A DNA stretch of 64,000 bases from Gemmatimonadales bacterium (GTDB taxonomy: Bacteria > Gemmatimonadota > Gemmatimonadetes > Gemmatimonadales > GWC2-71-9): positions 15,004 through 79,003 of the forward strand of contig DATJKA010000054.1 of NCBI GenBank assembly GCA_035491815.1. The letters are read 5' to 3'. The position numbers were made by a program, and so were the translations under genes. Below are positions 41,117 to 48,459 of the stretch, in pieces (position 1 is the stretch's first letter; each line of letters starts with the position of its first letter). The notes beneath the pieces were generated by a model. The model had not been told where the DNA came from. It worked only from the letters and a program-made list of their open reading frames with translations, and made no database searches.

Positions 41117-42463
41117 TTAGTTGCAGGCGACCGACGAGGTGCTCTTGTCGGTGAAGCCACCCGCAGCCGTCGGGATGAATTCGTAGTCGTAGCTGCCGTC
41201 GTGGAGCGTGAACTTCATGACGCCCCAGCTGTCGGCCGTCCCAGTGACGCCGCCGAACTGCGCGGCGACCGGATTGCCACCGGTTGCGGCGTTCATACGG
41301 TCCAGACTGCGGCCACCCGTGCCGACGATGAATTGCGCGAAGCCTTTGGGATTCGCCGCGCCGTCAGGATCCGACTTCGGGAAGCGCTCGTACTGCTTGT
41401 CCTTTGCGCTGACCAGAACGTCCGCGCCGCTGGCGTACAGCGCCTCGGCGATGGCGTTTAGGTTCGCGTTGCGGCCCAATTTGCCAGGATCTGGCGCCCC
41501 GGTCGTGTATAGCCGGCGTTCCCAGGAGATCGCCAGGATGCAGGGTTTGGTGTTCGTAGCGAGATCCTGCGTCAGCCAGGTGAGCTCAGGGTGCGTTGCG
41601 ACGGTGTCACAACGGCTACCGCCTGGAGCGCCATCAGTCGACCAGCCGCACGTGCCAGGGGTCTGTTCGCTGGTCGTGTTCAGGACAATGATGTGCCACG
41701 ATCCAGCGTTGAAGCTGTAGTAACCGGTCGGCGCACCAGCCGAGTTGCCAAAGTACGAGTAGACGTTGGCAGCTCCACCAACACTCCTGAAGTCCATATC
41801 ACCGAGAGCGACGTGCATCCCGCCCTTGGCCGTCAGGAACTTTCCCCATGTCGGACCAAAGCACGCGTTGGGATCGGTGCTGCCGGAGCCCGACGCGATA
41901 TTGTTGCCGGTGGTGAACACGATGGTGTTCGAATCCGCCTTGATCTGGTTGTCGATCAGCGTAGCCGTCGCCGCGTTGCCGAGGCTCGAGCAAGTCGTGA
42001 TCTCACCGGCGCCGATCAGCGTGATGCTACCGGCGCCTGCGGCGAGCGTCGTCGCAGTTGCCGTCGTGCTCCACGCCGAGGAATCCGTGGCGTTGAACGC
42101 GCGCACCCGATAGCTGTACGGCGTGCTGGCCGCGAGGCCAAACGTGTCGGTGAACGCGACCGTATTGGCCGCCAAATTCGTTCCGACCTGCGCGAACGTC
42201 GTGCAGGCCGCGCCGGAGCAGCGATCGACGCGGAAACCGGTCTCATTCGTCGCGCTGTCGGTCCAGGCCAGATTGATGCCCGTCGCCGAGACGGCGGTTG
42301 CGGTCAGCCCGATCGGCGCCCGGATCGCCGGTGGCGGCGGGGGCGGCGGCGGGGGCGGCGGATTCGTGCCGCTGTCGTTCTTACAGGCGCCGATGGCGCC
42401 GATCACGCCGGCGGCTGTGAGAACGAGCGCGGCGCGAACCATGTTGCGGGGTGTGACCTTCAT
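41117..42463 (-). CDS. Lipoprotein: poly-Pro linker, fibronectin-III domain, degenerate MPE domain (paralogue 4, probable pseudo-enzyme)
   Basis: Signal ...AAGVIGAIGAC. 11 Pro. FN3 (GLTATAVSATGINLAWTDSATNETGFRVDR...YSYRVRAFN). The MPE motif positions read GAGEITTC, GNNIA, GDMDF, SWER and AKDKQYERF. Tail SYDYEFIPTAAGGFTDKSTSSVACN. Confidence 0.8.
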   Translation of the reverse strand: MKVTPRNMVRAALVLTAAGVIGAIGACKNDSGTNPPPPPPPPPPPAIRAPIGLTATAVSATGINLAWTDSATNETGFRVDRCSGAACTTFAQVGTNLAANTVAFTDTFGLAASTPYSYRVRAFNATDSSAWSTTATATTLAAGAGSITLIGAGEITTCSSLGNAATATLIDNQIKADSNTIVFTTGNNIASGSGSTDPNACFGPTWGKFLTAKGGMHVALGDMDFRSVGGAANVYSYFGNSAGAPTGYYSFNAGSWHIIVLNTTSEQTPGTCGWSTDGAPGGSRCDTVATHPELTWLTQDLATNTKPCILAISWERRLYTTGAPDPGKLGRNANLNAIAEALYASGADVLVSAKDKQYERFPKSDPDGAANPKGFAQFIVGTGGRSLDRMNAATGGNPVAAQFGGVTGTADSWGVMKFTLHDGSYDYEFIPTAAGGFTDKSTSSVACN

Positions 42464-42494
42464 ACATCGCTCCTTAGGTGGAAACGTGAGACAG

Positions 42495-42725
42495 TTACAA
42501 GCAGAAGCCGGTGCCGGAGTCGGAGATCGTGCCGCCGGCAGCCGGCACGGTTTCCCATGAGTAGGTCAGGGTCAGGCAGCTCGCATCGCTCGCCCCACCC
42601 AGGAATGCACCGCCGCCCATATCGCTCGGCAGCGTTGCGCCAAAGGCGTTGCGACACGAGACCACCGCGAGCACGGCGCCCAGAATCACGAGGGCACGCA
42701 GGAACAGCATCATGGCAGGTCGCAT
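42495..42725 (-). CDS. 76-aa mini-lipoprotein carrying only the C-terminal tail motif of the MPE family
   Basis: Signal plus lipobox MRPAMMLFLRALVILGAVLAVVSC. The C-terminus CLTLTYSWETVPAAGGTISDSGTGFCL aligns with [22 protein letters not shown] of the MPE paralogues. It sits 3 nt downstream of the FemAB/ATP-grasp gene. Confidence 0.5.
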   Translation of the reverse strand: MRPAMMLFLRALVILGAVLAVVSCRNAFGATLPSDMGGGAFLGGASDASCLTLTYSWETVPAAGGTISDSGTGFCL

Positions 42726-42728
42726 CGG

Positions 42729-44996
42729 TCACTCCTTCGCGCTGCGCAGTGTCAGCGGCGGTTCGTTGGAGCCCCGAACGACGCGCGCCAGCGAGTCGAT
42801 CCCGCGGCGGACGGTCGCGCCGATCATGGGCAGCGGGTCATCCCACGCGAAGCCACTCTTCGCCTGACAGCGAATGACCCACAGGGTCCACTCGGCAAGG
42901 GACATGCCTGCCGCGCGCGCGGCGAATTGGTCTTTCCACGGCTTGCACCAGCGCACGAATGGACGGGCCGGCCCCAGGATGGGGCGCGGTGTGCCGACCA
43001 GGTCGCCGTAAACGAGTGCGGGAAGGTTGATGCCGGCGATCGCGCCGAGGTGATGCCAAAGATTGAAACGCGGATTCACCTCGAGCAGCCGCAGCGTGCC
43101 GTCGGGGGCGCGTTTGAAATCGAATTTCGCGACGCCCCGGAACTTGAGCTTCTTGACGAGCACGCGGCCGAGCGTGAGGACGTCCTGCGCGTCGCTCGTC
43201 TCGAGCGCCGTGCTGTCGCCGTAGGACGCGGGCCACGTGCGGATCTTGCGGCCCGCGAACTCGCCGACGACCTGACCGCGCTCGTCCACGTAGGCGTGAT
43301 AGCTCTCGATCCGCGCCTCGTCGCCCGGCACGAGCTCCTGCGCCAGAATCGGGAGATTCGCGGCCATGATCTTCGGCCAGAGCGCGCGCAACGCGTCGAG
43401 ACTCTCGAGCGACGTCGCCTTCCCGGGACCCGCGAGCGGCTCCCAGCGCGCCGGAATCCGCACGAGCGGTTTCAGAATGATCGGGAAGGGAATCGCGAAG
43501 TCGTCGCCGGGCAGCGGATCACCGGGCGCGATCACGCGCGCCTGCGGCACCGGCAGATCGATGCGCGCCGCGAGCTGCTGAAACCGCGCCTTGTCCACCA
43601 GCTGCTCGACCAGCTCGGCATCCGGCACGACGAAGCGGAACGCCTCGCGCAGGCGGTCGCGATGGCGCGACACCAGCAGCAGCGTTCGGTCTTCCTGGTA
43701 GAACAACGCCGGCGGCTCGGGCTGCGCCTGGCCGAACTTCACCAGTGCGTCGACGAGCTCTTCCGGCCGCTCCCACGCGTTGTGCCACGGGAAGACGGCG
43801 CGCGTGTGGCGCGAATAGCGGACCGGCGCGCCGGGCGGGCACAGGACCGTCGACGGAATCCGCGCGAGGCCGAGCGCGCGGACCAAATCCACGTCGCCAA
43901 GGACGACGGCGGGTGGCCGGACGGGATGGGCGCGGTGGCCGCCGCGGCCGATGAATGCGGTGCTCCCGCGCGTGACGCGCGCGAGCTGCCCGCGCGCCGC
44001 CTGCTGCACGCCGTAGACCCGTTTCGCGGCGTTCCGCGCCGTCATGAGCCAGGCACGCCGGCCGCGCAGCCAGCGCCGCTTCGACAGATCGAGCTCGGCG
44101 CCGAACTTCGCCTTGAAATCGCCGCGGCCCATGAAGTCCACGTGATCGCAGCCGAGCTCGAGGGCGCGCTGCATCACGGTCCACGTCATGAGCTCGGTGG
44201 GGCGGTACCAGCGATAGTGCTGGCGGTGCGCCCACATCCAGAGCTGGAGCTCGGTGCCTTCGCGGAAGAAGAGGCCGGTCGCGATGTTGACGCGCCCGCC
44301 GGGCAGGTAGACGGAGATCGCGAGCAGGTTGCCGGCGGCCTTGAGCCGGCGGAACACCTCGAGCACACGCTGCTTGCTGAACGGCACGGCGAAGCCGCCG
44401 CGCCGGTAGACCTCTTTCACCTGCGCGTAGTGCTCGTCCACGAACGCCTCGTTCTCTTCGAACCGCGTGACGAGGCCGAGCCGTTGCGCGCGCTTCACGT
44501 TGCGACGCGCGCTGACCTTGAGCTGCTTGAAGGTGCGCGCCGTGTCACCCGGGAACAGCCGGGCGCACATTGTCGGTGCCTCTTCTTCGGCGAATCCCGC
44601 GGCGCGCATCGCATCCGGATCGAGCGACAGGCTGAGCAGCTCGATGTGATCGACGTCGTGCTCGCGCTCGAGATACGGCACGAGCGCGGCCGTGAAGGCG
44701 GCGGTAGAGAAGCGTTCCGGATCGAACGCGGGGCCGAGGCTGACGGTCTGCCAGCCTTCGAGCGGCGAGCCGAACAGCTTCCAGCGCAGCGCGGTGACGA
44801 GCAGCCCCGGACAACAGCCGACGATGCCCTGATCGTCTTCGAGCAGCAGGTACAGCGGTTTGCCGCAATTGCTGGCGGCGAGTGCGTCGATCCAGCCGCG
44901 CGTATGGGGCACGCGGGTGTTCGGAAAGCGGCGGACGATCGCGTCCCAGTGCTCGAGCTCCTCGGCGGTCGCCTCGCGAATGCGCAATGTGTTCAT
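42729..44996 (-). CDS. Fusion protein: FemAB-like/GNAT (Acetyltransf_6-type) N-domain plus ATP-grasp carboxylate-amine ligase C-domain
   Basis: Start ATG 44996 (ATGA overlap). The N-part is FemAB/CelD-like (..WDAIVRRFPNTRVPHTRGWIDAL.., ..ELMTWTVMQRALELGCDHVDFMG). The C-part has ATP-grasp motifs (FPIILKP, LAQELVPGDE, FRGVAKFDFKRAPDGTLRLLEVNPRF). Confidence 0.65.
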   Translation of the reverse strand: MNTLRIREATAEELEHWDAIVRRFPNTRVPHTRGWIDALAASNCGKPLYLLLEDDQGIVGCCPGLLVTALRWKLFGSPLEGWQTVSLGPAFDPERFSTAAFTAALVPYLEREHDVDHIELLSLSLDPDAMRAAGFAEEEAPTMCARLFPGDTARTFKQLKVSARRNVKRAQRLGLVTRFEENEAFVDEHYAQVKEVYRRGGFAVPFSKQRVLEVFRRLKAAGNLLAISVYLPGGRVNIATGLFFREGTELQLWMWAHRQHYRWYRPTELMTWTVMQRALELGCDHVDFMGRGDFKAKFGAELDLSKRRWLRGRRAWLMTARNAAKRVYGVQQAARGQLARVTRGSTAFIGRGGHRAHPVRPPAVVLGDVDLVRALGLARIPSTVLCPPGAPVRYSRHTRAVFPWHNAWERPEELVDALVKFGQAQPEPPALFYQEDRTLLLVSRHRDRLREAFRFVVPDAELVEQLVDKARFQQLAARIDLPVPQARVIAPGDPLPGDDFAIPFPIILKPLVRIPARWEPLAGPGKATSLESLDALRALWPKIMAANLPILAQELVPGDEARIESYHAYVDERGQVVGEFAGRKIRTWPASYGDSTALETSDAQDVLTLGRVLVKKLKFRGVAKFDFKRAPDGTLRLLEVNPRFNLWHHLGAIAGINLPALVYGDLVGTPRPILGPARPFVRWCKPWKDQFAARAAGMSLAEWTLWVIRCQAKSGFAWDDPLPMIGATVRRGIDSLARVVRGSNEPPLTLRSAKE

Positions 44997-45670
44997 ACGC
45001 CGTCTTGCTCTAGCAACCGACGTGCCGCGGTCATTTCGGGCGGCGGCGCGAACTTTCGTCGCCCCGCGGCGACCGCGCCGATCGCCCACAGCGTGCGGCC
45101 GATGATCTCCATGTCGCGTCGCATCGAGGCGCGGCGGAGGTACACGCGATCGAGCGCGAGTTTCGTCTTGAGCAGCTTGTCGACGTAACGCGCTTCGGGA
45201 TCGTTGCCGGTGAGCAGCTTGTCGCCCGACGTGAACTGGTAGATGCTGCCGGGACTCGCGAGCCCCGGCCGGACGCCGAGGGTTTCGAGATCGCCGGTGG
45301 AGTAGTGCTCGAGGACGATAGCGGGGTCTTCGGGCCGCGGACCGACGATGGCCATGTCGCCGCGGAGCACGTTGAACAGCTGTGGGAGCTCGTCGATTTT
45401 GGAGCGGCGCAAGAAGCGCCCGATCGTCGTGATCCGCTCGTCGCCGTGACCCGTGATGACCGCGCCGCCGGCGTCACCATCCTCCTCGTGCTTCATCGTG
45501 CGCAGCTTGAACATCGTGAACTCGCGGCCGAGATAGCCGACGCGGCGGGCGCGATAGAACACGGGCCCGCGATCGCTCAGCTTGATCCCGATGGCGGCGA
45601 TGGCGATGAGCGGTGCGGTGACGACGAGCGCCACGGTGGCGCAGACGACGTCAAATAGGCGTTTGACCAT
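44993..45670 (-). CDS. Small monotopic phosphoglycosyl transferase (bacterial sugar transferase, PglC/WbaP C-domain type)
   Basis: MVKRLFDVV..ALVVTAPLIAIAAIGIKL..GPVFY...FTMFKLRTM...DELPQLFNVLRGDMAIVGPRP. Confidence 0.9.
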   Translation of the reverse strand: MVKRLFDVVCATVALVVTAPLIAIAAIGIKLSDRGPVFYRARRVGYLGREFTMFKLRTMKHEEDGDAGGAVITGHGDERITTIGRFLRRSKIDELPQLFNVLRGDMAIVGPRPEDPAIVLEHYSTGDLETLGVRPGLASPGSIYQFTSGDKLLTGNDPEARYVDKLLKTKLALDRVYLRRASMRRDMEIIGRTLWAIGAVAAGRRKFAPPPEMTAARRLLEQDGV

Positions 45671-46325
45671 GATGCAGCGTGCGGCGAACGGTCATGAAGA
45701 CTTCGGCTGCATCGAGGCACTGCTGATTGCCCCAGGCGAGGGCCCGGTAGCGCAGCGCGTCGAGCGAGCGGGGATGAGGGTAGTCGCGCAGCTCGCTGGT
45801 GTAGCACGCCATGGCGGCGAGCTTCATGTCGAGCGTCGCGGAGATGTCCACCCACGTGTCAGCGGTGAACGTCCGCGGATACGCCCACTCGGTGCTGCTG
45901 GCCGTGTCGAAGGCATACACGGCCTGCACCCAGCAAGCAGTCGGCCGCGTCGCGACGAGCGCGGCCTGAAACAGCAGGTGATGGTCGCGATTGATGTCGC
46001 CGCCCCACTGGCAATACACGACCTGGGGCTGGACTTCCTTCACGATGGTCACGAGCGGCGTGATCAGCTCGGTCAGCGGAAACGTGTCGAGGCGCTGGTC
46101 GGCGAAGCCGAGCGGCCGCACGTCGCGCACGCCGAGCGCCGCGGCGGCGCGGCGAATGTGCTCGGGCTGTCCGACGCCTTTCTGGCCGTAGCGGAGCGAT
46201 TCGCCCTCGCACATGATCACCGACGTCACGTCGTCACCCGCGCGCGTGTGGAGCGCGACGGTGCCGCCACATCCCAGGACTTCGTCGTCCGGGTGCGCGG
46301 CGATCACGAGGACGCGGCGCGTCAT
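45651..46325 (-). CDS. PIG-L/LmbE family deacetylase
   Basis: Start ATG 46325 (ATGA overlap). VLVIAAHPDDEVLGCGG and the later HxxH region (NRDHH). The upstream part of ORF 45651-46808 is Arg-rich and non-coding-like. Confidence 0.85.
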   Translation of the reverse strand: MTRRVLVIAAHPDDEVLGCGGTVALHTRAGDDVTSVIMCEGESLRYGQKGVGQPEHIRRAAAALGVRDVRPLGFADQRLDTFPLTELITPLVTIVKEVQPQVVYCQWGGDINRDHHLLFQAALVATRPTACWVQAVYAFDTASSTEWAYPRTFTADTWVDISATLDMKLAAMACYTSELRDYPHPRSLDALRYRALAWGNQQCLDAAEVFMTVRRTLHHGQTPI

Positions 46326-47281
46326 GCCGCTTCTCCTTGCCAGCGCTTGCCGGTCCACCGCTGATCGCTCAACGCCTGGCCGCGGAGCCTGACGCCGGCG
46401 TCGTCTTCGACCTCGAGCAGCACGAGCGCGCCCGAGCCGCATGCGACCAGCTGGCCGCAGGCGGACTGCGCGGGACTCACCACCGGGCCGAGGACCTCGC
46501 CCGGCTCGGCGCCTGCGATGGGGCCGCGATCGGGGAGCAGCGCGGCTTCCCAGATCCACCACTGCCTGCCCTCGAGGGAGCTGAAGGCGCCGGGGTAGGG
46601 ACGCGTGAGCGCGCGCACGAAGTCGTAGACCATGGACGCGGGACAGTCCCATGTGATGCGGCCGTCGGCGGGGCGGCGGCGGCGCAGCACAGGCTCGTCC
46701 CCGCGCGGCTGCGGCCGGCCGGGACGCTCGCCCGCGAGCAGGCGCGGCAGCACCTCGAGCAGCATCTCGCGATTCGAGGCGGCAACGTGCGCGTAGAGCG
46801 TGCCGCACGTGTCATACGGCGTAATCGGGAACGCGCGCTGCGCGATGATGTCGCCTTCGTCCACGCCTTCGGCCAGCCACATCAGCGTGTTGCCGGCCTG
46901 CTGCTCGCCGCGAATCAGCGTCCAGTTGATCGGTGCGCTGCCGCGATTGTGCGGGAGGATCGACGCGTGCGCTCCGATCAGGCCGACGCGTGCGAGCCGC
47001 ATCACCGGCGGCCGCACGATTTGATGCCAGCCGATGACGAAGATCACGTCGGGCGCGAGCGACTCCAGAATCCCGACTGCGTCCGGCTCATTGATGCCGG
47101 TGACGTAGTGCAGCGGCACACCGAACTCCGCGCACGCGGGCCCGTAGTCCACTCCGCCCGAGCGTTTGGCGGCGAGCTCGGGCTTGAGCGTCAGCACGGC
47201 CGCGATCGGCGCGCCGGCGCCCAGCAACGCCTGCAGCGCTGCCACTCCCTCTGCGTGAAACCCCACCCACGCGAACTTCAC
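46322..47281 (-). CDS. Formyltransferase (Fmt/ArnA-N-type), predicted sugar N-formyltransferase
   Basis: Start GTG 47281 (GTGA overlap). HASILPHNRGSAPINW, DEGDII, and a C-terminal Formyl_trans_C-like domain. Confidence 0.8.
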   Translation of the reverse strand: MKFAWVGFHAEGVAALQALLGAGAPIAAVLTLKPELAAKRSGGVDYGPACAEFGVPLHYVTGINEPDAVGILESLAPDVIFVIGWHQIVRPPVMRLARVGLIGAHASILPHNRGSAPINWTLIRGEQQAGNTLMWLAEGVDEGDIIAQRAFPITPYDTCGTLYAHVAASNREMLLEVLPRLLAGERPGRPQPRGDEPVLRRRRPADGRITWDCPASMVYDFVRALTRPYPGAFSSLEGRQWWIWEAALLPDRGPIAGAEPGEVLGPVVSPAQSACGQLVACGSGALVLLEVEDDAGVRLRGQALSDQRWTGKRWQGEAA

Positions 47282-48459
47282 CGGCGATAGGTCTGCACCA
47301 CGTCCACCACCGCGTCGATGACGTCGGTGACGTCCTGATCGCTGAGGCCGGGATGCATGGGGAGGCTCAACAGCCGCTCGAAGTTCGAGAACGCGACGGG
47401 GAAGTCGAGCGGCGCGTAGCCGTACTTGTTGCGGTAGAACGGGTGCACGTGGACCGGAATGAAATGGACCGACGTACCGATGTTGCGCTTCGTCAGCTCG
47501 TCGATGAATTGGTCGCGGCCGATGCGCAGCGCCTCCGACTTGAGACGCAACACGTAGAGGTGCCAGGCGTGCCCGACGTGCGGGCGCTGGACGGGCGGCT
47601 GCAGCGCCTCCTCGGCGCTGAACGCAGCGGTGTACGCTTCCGCGATCTCGACGCGCCGGCGATGAAAGGCCTCGAGCTTCTTGAGCTGCCACAGACCGAT
47701 GGCCGCGGCGACGTCGGTGAGGTTGTACTTGAAGCCCGGCGCGATGATCTCGTAGCGCCAGCTGCCGCCCTTGTCGTAGCGCTTCCACGCGTCGCGAGTC
47801 ATGCCGTGCAGCGCCATGACGCGCGCGCGCTCGAGGAACGCCGGATCGGCGGTCAGCATCCCGCCTTCAGCCGTCGTCAGGTTCTTCGTCGCATAGAAGC
47901 TGAACGCGACGGGATTCGCGCTCGCGCCGATCGCCTGGCCGCGAAAACTCGCCGGCAGCGCGTGCGCCGCGTCTTCGACCAACGCGAGGTTATGCGTTCG
48001 CGCCAGTGCCTCCAGCACGTCACGCTCGGCCGGATGGCCGGCGTAATGCACGGGCAGGATCGCGCGGGTGCGCGGGGAGATCGCGCGGGCGACGAGGCGG
48101 GGGTCGATGTTGAGCGTGTCGGGCTCGACGTCCACGAACACGGGCTTCGCGCCCACGTGCTCGATGACGTTCGCCGTGGCGGCGAACGTCATCGGCGTCG
48201 TGATCACTTCGTCGCCGGGACCAATGTCGAGGCAGGCGAGCGCGACGTGCATCGCCGCGGTGCACGAGTTCACCGCGAGAGCGCCCGGTGCCTTGAGCCA
48301 CGCCGTGAACTCCTCTTCGAAGCGCCGCGTCTTCGGACCCGTCGTAATCCAGGGCGAGCGGAGCGTGTCGACGACCTCGCGGATCTCTTCTTCGCCGACC
48401 AGCGGTGGATTGAACGGCAGGAATTCGCGCCGCGACGTCCGAGCGAGAATGTCGGTCAC
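47278..48459 (-). CDS. DegT/DnrJ/EryC1-family PLP-dependent sugar aminotransferase
   Basis: FNPPLVGEEEIREVVDTLRSPWITTG...; PLP-Lys region AFSFYATKNLTTAEGG. Confidence 0.9.
   Translation of the reverse strand: MTDILARTSRREFLPFNPPLVGEEEIREVVDTLRSPWITTGPKTRRFEEEFTAWLKAPGALAVNSCTAAMHVALACLDIGPGDEVITTPMTFAATANVIEHVGAKPVFVDVEPDTLNIDPRLVARAISPRTRAILPVHYAGHPAERDVLEALARTHNLALVEDAAHALPASFRGQAIGASANPVAFSFYATKNLTTAEGGMLTADPAFLERARVMALHGMTRDAWKRYDKGGSWRYEIIAPGFKYNLTDVAAAIGLWQLKKLEAFHRRRVEIAEAYTAAFSAEEALQPPVQRPHVGHAWHLYVLRLKSEALRIGRDQFIDELTKRNIGTSVHFIPVHVHPFYRNKYGYAPLDFPVAFSNFERLLSLPMHPGLSDQDVTDVIDAVVDVVQTYRR

Noticed and set aside
29341-42725. Lasso-peptide or graspetide-type RiPP cluster (AsnB homologue, NTase-like and kinase-like proteins, ATP-grasp, small ORFs)
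   Set aside because: The AsnB homologue keeps the Cys2 glutaminase nucleophile and PP-loop of true amidotransferases. No transglutaminase-like leader protease or PqqD-like RRE ORF is present. The small ORFs carry Sec/lipoprotein signals, which RiPP precursors normally lack. The EPS context explains all the enzymes.
42927-45188. 753-aa plus-strand ORF across the FemAB/ATP-grasp and PGT genes, with similar long shadow ORFs at 22375-24459 and 56293-58140
   Set aside because: In each case the opposite strand encodes proteins with clear family motifs and operon-consistent start/stop overlaps. The shadow translations are Arg/Ala/Gly/Pro-biased and featureless.
45651-47788. Long N-terminal extensions of ORFs 45651-46808 (385 aa) and 46322-47788 (488 aa)
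   Set aside because: The extensions are Arg/Pro/Ala-rich and overlap the upstream genes in another frame. The conserved domains start at ATG 46325 (PIG-L) and GTG 47281 (formyltransferase), each giving a 4-nt start/stop overlap.
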